From positions 32,001 through 96,000 of IMG/VR virus record IMGVR_UViG_2563367078_000003: a DNA stretch of 64,000 nt; one strand, written 5' to 3'. Below the pieces are notes generated by a model. That model did no database searches and had not been told where the DNA came from. It saw nothing but the letters and a program-made list of their open reading frames with translations. The translations under genes were made by a program, and so were the position numbers. The stretch comes from a virus (taxonomy: Duplodnaviria > Caudoviricetes). Positions 35,585 through 45,937 of the stretch are shown here, piece by piece (within the stretch, counting starts at the first letter, position 1; every line of letters begins with the position of its first letter).

Positions 35585-38500
35585 TCAGCTGCCGAAGATT
35601 CCGAGCGGGTCGAAACCCAGGGTCGCTTCGCGCTGAGTTTGCTTCCACTTCCCCATCGCCTCGTCGACGTCGCTCACGTGGAAATGAACTTCGGTCGGGT
35701 GGAGGAATTGAGAAAGCGGATTCTGATTTTGCTGTTGCTGCGGCTGTGCGCCAGGAGGAGGCGTTCCCGGTTGCGTCGTGACACCCTCTTGTCCGGGGTC
35801 GAGCGGATTCGCCGGAGGCTTGGACAAGTCGCCTTGAATCTGATTGGACAGGGTTTGGTACGCGGGTTTGCCGAGCTTTCCCGACTTCTGATACGCGTCC
35901 AGCGCCAGCAGATAACTCGGAACCTGCGTGAATGCCGCTTCTGCAAGGCCGTCACCGCTCGTAGATCCGCCGAGGTCTCCGACGAATTGATCGAAGTTGG
36001 CTTTCGCGAACGCCTGACCCGCCGACTGCGCCTTCAGTCCGAGACCGTTGGCTTGCGCTGCGGCGTTCCAGTTGTCGTTGAGATTGCCGAGCATGTTGTT
36101 CGGAATGACGGTTTCGCCGCCGCCGAACAGCACCAGTTCCGGGCCGAGTTCGCCGACCAGGGACCACCCCTTCTTCGCGTTCGTCGTTCCGGTCGCGTAA
36201 CCCTTCGGAGGCATATTCGCGTTCGCTTGCTGCACCCGATCAATCCCGCCGTATTTCGACTTGATGTAATTGATGCTCGCTGCGAGGTTGTCGACACCTT
36301 CGAAGATGTTTTTGTGGCCTGGTGCGGCGAATGCCGCGAACGTGGTCCCCGTCGTTTGAGCCAAACCCTTCGATGGATTACCGGCTTTCGCGTTGTCGTC
36401 CCAGTCGTTGATCGCGCCGGTATTCCACCCGGATTCGCGCTCGACGAGGGTGTTCATCCCGGCTTCCCACTGCTCTTTCGTGCCGGGAGGCGGAGTGTGG
36501 GTCAGTGCCAGCGCGGCATCGATCACCGCCAGCCGGTCACCGGTCGGGATTGCTCCGCCGATGGTGTTCGTCGATTCGTGGCCGCGAATGAGGTTGGCGA
36601 TGTCGTCACGGCTCTTGGTCGCGATCTGCTTCGGGAAGCTACCGAGGAAGCCCTTCTGGCCGCCGATCATCGGGTCGGGAATCGCGTTCAGCACCGGGTC
36701 GGTCAGCTTCTGGAACAAATCCGAAATGCCGGACCGGACGCCGCCGACCACTGCCTGGAACGCGCTGCCGATCATGCCGAAGAAGCCGCCACCAGATCCC
36801 TTGTCCCCATCAGCTCCAGCGCCCGAATATGCGGGGTTGAAGAACTTCCCGGGCAGGTAGTAGTGGTCAGCGAACTGCGAGTCGTCAGCGCCGATTGCAG
36901 GGCCGTCTACGCGGATGTCATCGTGAACGCCGCCCGACTCCAGCTTGTGTCCGGCGAGAGTGGTCGCCATGTGTCCGTAATTGCCGGGCAGCGGTGTGAC
37001 GCCGATCTCCATGATTCCGCCACGTCCTGGAACGAACCCGAGCGCGGTGAAGTCGGAGGTCGTAGTGAATTCCCGCTTCGGAGTACGACCCAGGAGCGAG
37101 TCGTAGATACCGGAAGCCAAACCCGAACAGTCCAGCCAGCCTTGGTCGTTGTATGGCCTGCCTTGATAGCCAGCAGCCCACTGCAGAGCACGGGCGATTG
37201 CCGGGTTGGTCGAACCGTCTGTCGGGCCGCCGTCAGCGAATCTCAGTCCGGCCGCTTTGCGCATATGCCGGAACGCGATGCCGCCGAGGGAGAATCCCGG
37301 AACTTCGGCCTCGGCGTGTGCGGGTGTGCCGCCGAGTGCGAACCCTGGAATCATCGCGCGTTCGCCGCCGAAATTCATGGCATCCAATACCGCGCGGTTG
37401 CGGCTGGTCGCTTCGGCGTTGACGATGTATTCCCGGTTGGAAACGGCTACGACATGTTTGTCCTCGCGCGAACCGCCGGTGCCGTTGATATATCCGGGTG
37501 AACCGTCCGGCTGACCACCGCTTGCGTATCCCGGAATAGTATCAATTTTGCCCAGGCCGGGAATCTTGCCGACGATGTCGTTGTTCCAGATGCCGATAAC
37601 CCAGTTGATCGGGGTAGCGAACACCTTTTTGATTCCGTCCCAGATATCGCCGATATCCTTCAGCAGCCCGGAGAAGGTGCCTTTGATTCCGTCGACGAAG
37701 CTGCCGATGCCGGTGTCGTTCTTCAGCGCATCCCACGCCTTCGAAGCGATATCCTTGACGTCGCCCCACAATTTCGTGAACGCGTCGGCGATTTTCTTTC
37801 CGAGATCTTCGACGAGCTTGATCAGTTTATCGGGCAGCGATTCGAACCATTTGATGACGTCGTTGACCAAGTCCGGGATAATCGAGTGACCGACCATTTC
37901 GTCGTACAGCCATTCGAACCAGTGGATAATTCCGTTGACAATTCCGAGAACGATTCCTTCGACGGTTTTCCAGGCACCCTTCAGGATGTCGATGACCTCG
38001 CCGAACAGCGACGTAACCAGGTGCCATACTCCGGCAAAGAATGTGCCCAGTCCGGACAGCATATCTTTAAATCCGTTGCCTATTCCGTCGAGTCCGCTCT
38101 TGAACGTCGAGAAATCGCCGGTGAATACACCCTTCAGGAGGCCGAATATGGTCTTGAAGAAATTGAAGCAGATTTCGAAGACGCCCTTCACGGTCTCGAA
38201 GAATCCGCTGATCATCATAATCAGGCCGCGGACCGCGTTGACGATATTCTTGATCGTGTCGACAAAAACGCCGATAATCGGCCCTATGACCCCGGAAATT
38301 ACGCTCATCACGACTTTTCCGATAGCGACGAACGCGCCGCCGATAAAGTCGAGAATAGGCTTCGAGTTATTCCACAGAACCTTCAGCGAAGACCACAAAG
38401 AATCGAACGCCGGTTTCAGGTCTTTATCCCATTCGGCTTTCAGGCTCGACCATATTCCGCCGAACGTAGCCTTCATATCCTGGAGTTCAGGAGCGAATGT

Positions 38501-41500
38501 TTTGCCGAGCGACTTTCCGGCGGAGACTACCGCGCCACCGACGCTGGACCCGGCGTGCATGATCGCGCTTCCGGTTTTCTGCAGGCCGGTCTGACCGTTG
38601 GAATCCTTCTTCGTCGCGAAGCTCGCTACAGCGCCGCCAGCCTTCTTCGTGTCGTTGACGACGGCCGCGCCGAACTCCTGGACCCCCTTGGGCATCTTGT
38701 TCCAGATGTCTTGGAAGACCTTGGTTTGCGTTGCGAGGTAACCGATTCCGGCTGCGACGCCTGCGATAGCGCCCGCAATCAACACGAACGGGTTCAGGTC
38801 CAGTGCCGCGTCGAGCAGGAACCACCCGGCGGCTAGGGGAGCCAGGATCGGCAGCATCGGCTGGAGCCAATTCATCACTGCGGCAAAGCCGGTCGCGAGA
38901 TCCTTGATGATCGGGGCGATGGCGATGATCGCGGGGAACGAACTCTGCACGAGAATGCCGATGATCTGGCCGACGTCCTTCATCACGCTCGCGATGGCGC
39001 TGGCGATGACGGGCAGATCCTTCATCCCGGGACCGAGGCCGTTCAGAAACCCCGCAGCCAGGTCATTGACGCCTTGCAGCAGCGTCGACAGCGCCTGAGA
39101 AGCGGGTCCGGCGTACTGGCCGATGAATGTGCCGATCTGAATGAGGAACTTACCGACCTGATCACCCAGCGAGCGCCACAGATCACCGAAACCGGCCGAC
39201 CCTGCAGACATCTGCGAGAACATCGTGCCGATATCGGTTCCGAGTGAGCGCATCCCGTCGCGGAAGCCCGTAACAGCTGGTTGCGAATTCTGCAGCGCCG
39301 TAACGACTCCCGGCACGGGCCCGAGCATCAACCCGGTCAGTGCGTCGGTGAACGGCTGAACGTAATCGGCCGCGCTCTGGAAGCCCTGCTGAATAACCGG
39401 CTTCATGTCCATGAACTGCTGTTTCAGCGACTGCATCGCGTTGTGCAACGGGCCCTGAAGTGGCGCAGCGAGATCCGCGAACATCGCAGACATCTGAGAC
39501 ATCGCGCTATTAGCGTCCTTGGTCGCTTTCGCGAGTTCGCTATTGGCGCGGGCCTGTTCCTGAAGCGCGACCTTGACAGACTCGGCGGCTTTGAGCTGAG
39601 CTTCGGCGGTCTCGCGCTGAGTGTTGACGAGATCCTGTTGCGAGACCTTCTGCTGATAATCTGCGTCAGCCAGAGCCTCTTTACCCTTGATGACCTTGTC
39701 GTTGCCTTCGACACCCTTTTTGGCTGCGACAGCCGCGTTGTCCTGAAGCTGCTGATTCTTCACGCGAACTTCGTCTTGGTGGGCTTTCGCTTCATCGATT
39801 TGATTGAAAGCGTCTTCGTAATCAAGCGGCGTAACGTCTTGCCGCTTACCGAGTTGGGTGAGGTTTTGGTATGCGCGCGCTACACCAATGTCGGCGGAAC
39901 GCTGATTGATCGGAGCCTGCTCGAGCTGCAGCTGCAGATCCTCGAGTTCCTGGCGAGCGTCGCGGTATGCCTCGGTGAGTGACCGGCGGGCATCTTCCTC
40001 GTTGCGGTCGGCCATCTGTACTTCGTGCTGCGCTGCCGCGATCCTCTGGCTGGATTCGATCGCCGTATCGGCGACATCTCGGTACGCCTGGGCGAGGTCA
40101 CGCTTGGCGGTCTCGGCTTGCAGCTGCGCGGCGTCCATCGCCTCTTTGTGGCTGGCGGCGAGCCGCTTGTTGACCGCGATAGCCGCTCCACCGGCTGCGA
40201 TGACACCAGCGGCAAGACCGGTCGTCATCACCGCGCCCAGAGCCGCAGAGCCGAGGCTGACCAGCGCCATAGCCGACGCAAGATCCTTGACCGACTTCGT
40301 AGCCTTATCAGCAGCGCTCTTGATGCCGTCCAGGCCGCTGGAGTCGGTATCGACCCTTGCAGTCCGCGCCTTTGCGACTTCGTCGAGTTGGGCTCTCGCT
40401 TCGGCGGTGTCGGCCTTCGCGGTGATCACTGCCTCGCGCTGTTGTGCGGAGTGCTCGAACTGCGCATTCGATATACCGGTCGCAGCTGTGTTCTTGATCG
40501 TCGAGATAGTGCGGCTGGCGTCGGCGTCGACTTGGTCGCGATTTTCGCCCCGGTAGACGGCCACCTGACGCGTCGCGACGGCTCGGTCGATGTCGCGTTT
40601 AGCTCCTGCGCTCCGTTGGTCGATGTCGAGCTTTTTGTTTCGTGCCGCGAAATCGAGGTTGTCCTTCGCGCTGGTGATCATCGTCTGGATTTCCATCGGC
40701 CGCTTGCCGGGGAAAGCCTTGTCGAGTTCGTCCTTCGCGTTCTTCAGATCAAGATCAATTTGAAGTTTGCGGCGCTTGGCTACGTCATCGATCGCGGCCT
40801 TCGCATCACCGGCTTGCGCCTGGACCCTGATCGTCGCTGTACGATCCTCGGCGGTCTTGTCGATCTTCGCTTTGGCCGTTGCCGCCGATTCCATCGCTTT
40901 CTGAGCCTGGGACTGCTTGCGTGCGTGAGCTTTTTCCGCAGCGCTCTGGTCGCGAGCGTCCTGGACGATTCCGGCTTTGGTTTTCTTCGTGGTGGCGCGT
41001 TCGTCGATCCCTTGCTGATCCGCCCACTGCTGGACTACGTTCTTTTGCCGCAGCTCATCCATCCGCGCGGAGTTCTTGGCGTTCTTCGCCTCGGATTCGA
41101 GCCCGCTCTTTTCATTGAACGCCGCACGCGCCGATTGCGGATTTCGCCTTCGATCGGGATATCGTTCATTGACGTCGCGTTTCGCCTGCCCGAGCCCTTC
41201 ATCGATCTCGACGTAGCGCTTGCGGCGCACCTCTTCGATCGCGTAATTCATCCTGTTTTTCTGGGCGATCAGGTCGCTCATGCGCTTTTGCGAGGCGGCG
41301 TCGGCTTCGATTTTCGCTACGATCGGCGAGACGCGGGGTTTCGCGAGTTCGTTGAGTTCGGCATTGGCTTCGGAGACGTTCTCGGGGGTTGCGACGAACT
41401 CCGCTGCGCGTTTCTGGTTCAGCCCGTCGAAAGCGGCTGCTGCTTCGGAGACGCCTTGGACTTCCGTGCCGATGACGTTGGTGCGGTCGCGCATAGCGTC

Positions 41501-41905
41501 ATCGGCAGCAGTGGCGGCTTCGCGAGCATTCTCGGGCCGATACCGGATGATCACCGTGCGGTCGTGCGCAGCCTGGTCGAGATCCCGCACCGCGTCCGCT
41601 GTCTCGGCTACAGCCTTCATCGTCACCGGACGGAAGCGGGCGGTTTCGTTGAGCTGCCCCTCGGCGGTCTTGGTGTCGGCAACGCCGTGGAGATGAACGT
41701 CCTGGGGCGTGCTCGTCAGAGCCTTGATTTCCGCTATATCATCGTCGAGGCCGGACAGCTTGACGCGGATGTTGATCGCCTCGTCGGCCAATTTTTGGAG
41801 TTCGGTGCGCGTCTCCAAAAAGTCCTTGCGAGCGGCTTCCATCGCCGGTTTACCGAGATATGCGGCGGTGATGGAGAATTCCAGCGAGGACCTTACTGTT
41901 GCCAT
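35585..41905 (-). CDS. tape measure protein with NlpC/P60-like and lytic transglycosylase domains
   Basis: 2106 aa, helical; DCSGL...GHMA and ERESGWN...N.WD.NA..G.PSKGL.Q motifs. Confidence 0.95.
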   Translation of the reverse strand: MATVRSSLEFSITAAYLGKPAMEAARKDFLETRTELQKLADEAINIRVKLSGLDDDIAEIKALTSTPQDVHLHGVADTKTAEGQLNETARFRPVTMKAVAETADAVRDLDQAAHDRTVIIRYRPENAREAATAADDAMRDRTNVIGTEVQGVSEAAAAFDGLNQKRAAEFVATPENVSEANAELNELAKPRVSPIVAKIEADAASQKRMSDLIAQKNRMNYAIEEVRRKRYVEIDEGLGQAKRDVNERYPDRRRNPQSARAAFNEKSGLESEAKNAKNSARMDELRQKNVVQQWADQQGIDERATTKKTKAGIVQDARDQSAAEKAHARKQSQAQKAMESAATAKAKIDKTAEDRTATIRVQAQAGDAKAAIDDVAKRRKLQIDLDLKNAKDELDKAFPGKRPMEIQTMITSAKDNLDFAARNKKLDIDQRSAGAKRDIDRAVATRQVAVYRGENRDQVDADASRTISTIKNTAATGISNAQFEHSAQQREAVITAKADTAEARAQLDEVAKARTARVDTDSSGLDGIKSAADKATKSVKDLASAMALVSLGSAALGAVMTTGLAAGVIAAGGAAIAVNKRLAASHKEAMDAAQLQAETAKRDLAQAYRDVADTAIESSQRIAAAQHEVQMADRNEEDARRSLTEAYRDARQELEDLQLQLEQAPINQRSADIGVARAYQNLTQLGKRQDVTPLDYEDAFNQIDEAKAHQDEVRVKNQQLQDNAAVAAKKGVEGNDKVIKGKEALADADYQQKVSQQDLVNTQRETAEAQLKAAESVKVALQEQARANSELAKATKDANSAMSQMSAMFADLAAPLQGPLHNAMQSLKQQFMDMKPVIQQGFQSAADYVQPFTDALTGLMLGPVPGVVTALQNSQPAVTGFRDGMRSLGTDIGTMFSQMSAGSAGFGDLWRSLGDQVGKFLIQIGTFIGQYAGPASQALSTLLQGVNDLAAGFLNGLGPGMKDLPVIASAIASVMKDVGQIIGILVQSSFPAIIAIAPIIKDLATGFAAVMNWLQPMLPILAPLAAGWFLLDAALDLNPFVLIAGAIAGVAAGIGYLATQTKVFQDIWNKMPKGVQEFGAAVVNDTKKAGGAVASFATKKDSNGQTGLQKTGSAIMHAGSSVGGAVVSAGKSLGKTFAPELQDMKATFGGIWSSLKAEWDKDLKPAFDSLWSSLKVLWNNSKPILDFIGGAFVAIGKVVMSVISGVIGPIIGVFVDTIKNIVNAVRGLIMMISGFFETVKGVFEICFNFFKTIFGLLKGVFTGDFSTFKSGLDGIGNGFKDMLSGLGTFFAGVWHLVTSLFGEVIDILKGAWKTVEGIVLGIVNGIIHWFEWLYDEMVGHSIIPDLVNDVIKWFESLPDKLIKLVEDLGKKIADAFTKLWGDVKDIASKAWDALKNDTGIGSFVDGIKGTFSGLLKDIGDIWDGIKKVFATPINWVIGIWNNDIVGKIPGLGKIDTIPGYASGGQPDGSPGYINGTGGSREDKHVVAVSNREYIVNAEATSRNRAVLDAMNFGGERAMIPGFALGGTPAHAEAEVPGFSLGGIAFRHMRKAAGLRFADGGPTDGSTNPAIARALQWAAGYQGRPYNDQGWLDCSGLASGIYDSLLGRTPKREFTTTSDFTALGFVPGRGGIMEIGVTPLPGNYGHMATTLAGHKLESGGVHDDIRVDGPAIGADDSQFADHYYLPGKFFNPAYSGAGADGDKGSGGGFFGMIGSAFQAVVGGVRSGISDLFQKLTDPVLNAIPDPMIGGQKGFLGSFPKQIATKSRDDIANLIRGHESTNTIGGAIPTGDRLAVIDAALALTHTPPPGTKEQWEAGMNTLVERESGWNTGAINDWDDNAKAGNPSKGLAQTTGTTFAAFAAPGHKNIFEGVDNLAASINYIKSKYGGIDRVQQANANMPPKGYATGTTNAKKGWSLVGELGPELVLFGGGETVIPNNMLGNLNDNWNAAAQANGLGLKAQSAGQAFAKANFDQFVGDLGGSTSGDGLAEAAFTQVPSYLLALDAYQKSGKLGKPAYQTLSNQIQGDLSKPPANPLDPGQEGVTTQPGTPPPGAQPQQQQNQNPLSQFLHPTEVHFHVSDVDEAMGKWKQTQREATLGFDPLGIFGS

Positions 41906-41927
41906 GACGTACGTCCTTCGCTGATAT

Positions 41928-42323
41928 TCAGTTGACTAGATATGCCGCCACGGTGTAGGTGATCGCGTTAGCGTTGCTGTGGGTGACGACGATTCGCGTG
42001 AAAGGCGGCAGGAAATCCGAAGCAGCGAGATTCGCCGTCGTGGTGATGCCGGGGTGGATTTTCAATGCCGTCGTGCCGACTGCGGTGATAGCGGGCGAAG
42101 TGAGGATCGTCCATGTATTGCCCGACAAGCGGTCTACGCCTTGAATCGACACGGTAATCGATGGCGTGGAAACAACCGCGCTGACATCGCAGACCACGAC
42201 AAGGCCGCTGTAGCGATCGATGCCTTGAATTTCATATGTATCAGGGCTGGCGGTGCGCGAAGCGGAGGTGAGGATATTGACGGCAGGACCGGCCTGGGTC
42301 GCCTCGAGTATGTGATTCGCCAT
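41928..42323 (-). CDS. small beta-sandwich virion-type protein
   Basis: between the chaperone and tape measure genes; resembles 25177-25569. Confidence 0.6.
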   Translation of the reverse strand: MANHILEATQAGPAVNILTSASRTASPDTYEIQGIDRYSGLVVVCDVSAVVSTPSITVSIQGVDRLSGNTWTILTSPAITAVGTTALKIHPGITTTANLAASDFLPPFTRIVVTHSNANAITYTVAAYLVN

Positions 42324-42357
42324 TTAAAGCTTTCCTTTTGAAGCTGGCAGGCCGGTT

Positions 42358-42705
42358 CTAGCCGCCGAATTGAGCGTCGAGTTCGCCGATGTCTTCGCTG
42401 ATCCCCTCGTCCTCGTCGGGTGCGAAAATCTCGTTGGGGCGCGGAACTCGATACCTCGGCGGGACGGGGTTTTCGCCCTCTCCGGACCACGCGCCGCCAG
42501 TGAGATACAGTAAATCTTGGAGCTTTTCGTGGATGTGGGCGAGCATGTCGTCCGAATAAGCGCGGTCGAGGGGGCCGGATGCTTGTTCGTATGCTCGCCA
42601 CTCCGCGAGTTCATGAGATGAGATGGTTTCGAGTAGTTCCTCGACCGTTCTCCCGAGCGCGAGAGCTAGTCGGAAATAGAATCCGCGTCGGGAGTCTCGT
42701 CGAAA
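42358..42705 (-). CDS. tail assembly chaperone frameshift extension (gpT-like)
   Basis: -1 frame reads FYFRLALALGRTVEELL..ISSHELAEW.AY. Confidence 0.75.
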   Translation of the reverse strand, partial: FRRDSRRGFYFRLALALGRTVEELLETISSHELAEWRAYEQASGPLDRAYSDDMLAHIHEKLQDLLYLTGGAWSGEGENPVPPRYRVPRPNEIFAPDEDEGISEDIGELDAQFGG

Positions 42706-43064
42706 GATTCGGTCAGCTCCTCGACATCCTCATCCGTCATTCCGTTCAGCCGCTGGGCCGCGTTGAATACACGCTGAAGTGCCGCGACGCTTTTGTTGCC
42801 GAGCATGTCGATCTCAGCGCGGGTTTTGAACATCCGCTCGCCGGATTCGTCGACCATGCACAGCCCGACCAGCCGGGCCCGGAAGTTGACGAAGTTCTCT
42901 TCACGCTTACCGCCGCGCGTACGGACGGTCGAGGACTCGAATTCGTCGCGCTCGCGGCCGGACAGGGTACGAACCAAGACCGAACCACCCCACTCGGGGA
43001 CGTCGACTTCCTCGGTCTTGCGGTCTTCAGCGGCGAGAATCTGATCACGATTAAGCAGAGCCAT
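42666..43064 (-). CDS. tail assembly chaperone (gpG-like)
   Basis: LNRDQILAAED...VPEWGGSV.VR.LSG.ERD.FE. Confidence 0.85.
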   Translation of the reverse strand: MALLNRDQILAAEDRKTEEVDVPEWGGSVLVRTLSGRERDEFESSTVRTRGGKREENFVNFRARLVGLCMVDESGERMFKTRAEIDMLGNKSVAALQRVFNAAQRLNGMTDEDVEELTESFDETPDADSISD

Positions 43065-43184
43065 TTTGCGGGGCCTTTCAAAACTGTTGCGGGGCTTGAT
43101 AAAACGCGGGCATGGGGAATTAAGGGATGGGTGCAGGGGCCCGCAAAAAACCTGCACCCTCCCGTCTATGAGAGGTGTTGAGCC

Positions 43185-43718
43185 TCACGCTTTTGTTTCG
43201 CCAGCCGAGCCGATCTCTTCCGCTGCGCGGTCTCCGATGGCCTGCATCTTCGGCTCGAGTTCTTCGTCGACCTTGCTCGGCTCCATGACGTCGACCCACC
43301 AGGAGTATTTGCCGTCCTGGTGGTACCACTTCCAGTTCTTGCGCAGTTCGTCCTTTTTGGCGAACAACGGATGCCAGAAGCCGCCGTACGTGGTGTCGAA
43401 GCCGCGAGGGAGGTTTTCTTCGTTCTCTTCCGGCATCGACGTGATGATGTGCATGCCATCGCCGCCGTCTTCGGAGAACTTCTCGACCTGGATGCCTTCC
43501 GCGATCTCGCCGAGGATGTCCTTCTTCGCCTTCGATTCGCCGCGCTGGCCTTTGATCGACTTTTGGGCCTCGCGCTGGAGTTGCTTGGCCTCTTTTTCGA
43601 TCTCGGCTTGGATCCACTTCGGGAAGTTGCGGTCGACTCGGCCGATAATGCGAGCGACGTCGCCGAACTTTTCGTAGCCTTCGAGCTTGACGTTGATCCG
43701 GGCGTCGTGTTCGGACAT
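43185..43718 (-). CDS. putative tail completion protein
   Basis: position in the tail module. Confidence 0.55.
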   Translation of the reverse strand: MSEHDARINVKLEGYEKFGDVARIIGRVDRNFPKWIQAEIEKEAKQLQREAQKSIKGQRGESKAKKDILGEIAEGIQVEKFSEDGGDGMHIITSMPEENEENLPRGFDTTYGGFWHPLFAKKDELRKNWKWYHQDGKYSWWVDVMEPSKVDEELEPKMQAIGDRAAEEIGSAGETKA

Positions 43719-44137
43719 TAGGAAGTGGCGCGGGTGATGCCGGTGCGCTGGGTCGGGAACTTCACCTTGGTCGTCGAGAGGTCACCAACCTTGCCGGTCA
43801 ACGGGGTGTACTCGAGCAGAATGCAGGTGCCGGTGAAGGACGGGTTGGTCGCCGAGACTGCGGATGCGACAGGCTTGACCACGACGGGGAACTCGGACTC
43901 GAGGTCGTACAGCGGGAACAGCGTCGCGTCGACTTCGGCGGCATTGAAATCCTGCTGAAAGTCGATGGTGAACTCGTCTTCCTTCAGGCCCGCCTGAGCT
44001 TCCTTTCCCCCACCCGCGAAATTGGTAGTATCGATTGACGCCTTCTTCAGGGCGATCTCGACGCTGGAAACGTGGTCGGAGAAGTCGACGCCATTGACGG
44101 TGATCGAGCAGTTCCGCAGGATAAACTTGTGAGCCAT
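43718..44137 (-). CDS. major tail (tube) protein
   Basis: ITVNGVDFSDHV.SVE...AGLK....F.QDF...SATNPSF. Confidence 0.8.
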   Translation of the reverse strand: MAHKFILRNCSITVNGVDFSDHVSSVEIALKKASIDTTNFAGGGKEAQAGLKEDEFTIDFQQDFNAAEVDATLFPLYDLESEFPVVVKPVASAVSATNPSFTGTCILLEYTPLTGKVGDLSTTKVKFPTQRTGITRATS

Positions 44138-44140
44138 GGG

Positions 44141-44500
44141 TTATTTGCCCCTTCGGGTTCTAGGGGCAGACGGCCCCTTCTGGGCAGGTGTTTCTTCTGC
44201 CTCTGGAGTGGTTTCTGTGAATGGCACCGGAGGACCGGCTTCGGGGTTCAGACCGAGAAAATCAGGCTCCGAATAGTCGGCCGGAAATTCGCCGGGGGTT
44301 TCGAACGGGATTTCCATGATGTGACCCGCGAGAATCAATGCGTCGGCCTGATCTCTGGTGACTTCCAGTTCGACCGTCTCGCCCGTACATTTCCCCGCGA
44401 CCGTGTGCGGACCGACCACCCGGAAAAGCCGTTTCGCCAGTCCTTGATCGCGGTTGGCGCGACGGATTTCCTCCCACCTCTGCGCATGAGGGCTAACCAA
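44141..44500 (-). CDS. hypothetical protein
   Basis: start uncertain. Confidence 0.5.
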   Translation of the reverse strand: MVSPHAQRWEEIRRANRDQGLAKRLFRVVGPHTVAGKCTGETVELEVTRDQADALILAGHIMEIPFETPGEFPADYSEPDFLGLNPEAGPPVPFTETTPEAEETPAQKGPSAPRTRRGK

Positions 44501-44825
44501 CCTGGACCACCGCCACAGTGACACTTGTCGCTGCATCGAGCGCCAGATGGGCAATGCCGGTGCCGTCGTCGTACGCCTTGCGCAGCGGAACCCACACCTC
44601 GCCGGTAGTCGCGGCAATGGTGACCGTCTTCTGCGGAAGCGCCACGCCGTACGTAGTTGTTCCGGCGACGGTAATGGTCAGGGTGTGTGTGCTGGTATCA
44701 GCATTCTTATAAACGACGAATGTGTTGGTGCCGTTGCCGATCGCGGTTGTATCGGCGGTTGTCGCAGCGGAAAAGGTGGGCTTGGTGCCAGCGTCGGAAA
44801 GCAGCTGAATAGTAAGAGCAGCCAT
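44493..44825 (-). CDS. small virion structural protein
   Basis: Thr/Ala-rich beta protein in the head-tail module. Confidence 0.65.
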   Translation of the reverse strand: MAALTIQLLSDAGTKPTFSAATTADTTAIGNGTNTFVVYKNADTSTHTLTITVAGTTTYGVALPQKTVTIAATTGEVWVPLRKAYDDGTGIAHLALDAATSVTVAVVQVG

Positions 44826-44855
44826 TTGTCGGCTCGCCTTTCAGAAAAGAAGAAT

Positions 44856-45281
44856 TCAGGAGTGCACGGTGATCATCAACACGGCACCGATGTGATTGAT
44901 GGCTGCCGAAGAAAACGAGCCGCCATAGTCCTTCATCCCGTAGCAGTGCGCGAACACCGAGTCGTCCAGCCCGAGATTGGGGGTGTCTTCGATCGCCTGA
45001 GGGATGCTTGTCGAGCCTTTGCCGGTGATGTATCCATCGAGCTTCTGGTATGCATAGAAAGGCTCGGTGCGACTGACCATGATGTAGCAGTAGAAATGCC
45101 AGACGTGGTCACCGCCCTGCATAGCGCCATCAAAGTCGGCGAATCGGGGCTCGAGGATCGCGCAGGGAACTTCGGTCATTTCCTCGACCGACCTGTAGAC
45201 GATCAGTCCGGGAATCGAGTTGCGGATCGTGGTCGTCATCGCGGTCCGGATCTGGGTGAGGGAATATGTCATTCCGGTCAC
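44856..45281 (-). CDS. tail terminator-like protein
   Basis: position; SI..AIE...NLG. Confidence 0.65.
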   Translation of the reverse strand: MTGMTYSLTQIRTAMTTTIRNSIPGLIVYRSVEEMTEVPCAILEPRFADFDGAMQGGDHVWHFYCYIMVSRTEPFYAYQKLDGYITGKGSTSIPQAIEDTPNLGLDDSVFAHCYGMKDYGGSFSSAAINHIGAVLMITVHS

Positions 45282-45919
45282 CCGACCATTGGATGATCAG
45301 CGCAGTACGGATCGAGCATTTCGGCCGCCTGCGGCATATCGTGAACGCGCACCGTGGGCAAACCTCGACCACCGCTGAGCTGCGTACCTGATACGCCGAG
45401 CGGTGCGGTGCCCATTTTGTAGTTCTGCGCGGCCACGGCCAGGCATGCTTGTTTGACAGCGTCGGGAACCGCAGCCCAACCCCAATGCGCGGTTATTTCG
45501 AGCCGGGAGATATCCCACAAATAGCGCCAGAACGGCAGAACCATGCGTCGATACGGCCACCCGGCCACGCCATTGACGACGCCATTGAACGGCTCGAGTT
45601 CGTAATCGGTGTTCACATTGAACGTCGTCAGCGCCGTCGAGGTGATCGTGCGGTGCTGAATGACCAGGTCGGCGGTGGTGTACAAGTCGTCGATCAGTAC
45701 CAACCGCACCGCCGAAGGCCGGAACACTCGCGTAGTCGCAGGCTGTCGGACGCCATTGACGTCGTAGTCATTGTTGAACTGCCTGGCGCAATAATTCTCG
45801 ATCTCGCGGCTTGCGGCATTGATCGCGGCCGTCAACGACGTATCGAAGTTGGTTTCGGTCGGATCGAGATGCATATACGCTTTGATGTCGGCCAGGGTGC
45901 AGTAGTTGTCGCCGTACAT
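45278..45919 (-). CDS. head-tail connector/adaptor
   Basis: YCTLADIK, AASREIE.YC.RQF, TA.WGW..VPDAVKQA. Confidence 0.85.
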   Translation of the reverse strand: MYGDNYCTLADIKAYMHLDPTETNFDTSLTAAINAASREIENYCARQFNNDYDVNGVRQPATTRVFRPSAVRLVLIDDLYTTADLVIQHRTITSTALTTFNVNTDYELEPFNGVVNGVAGWPYRRMVLPFWRYLWDISRLEITAHWGWAAVPDAVKQACLAVAAQNYKMGTAPLGVSGTQLSGGRGLPTVRVHDMPQAAEMLDPYCADHPMVG

Positions 45920-45937
45920 GTCACGCCATCTCTCGGG

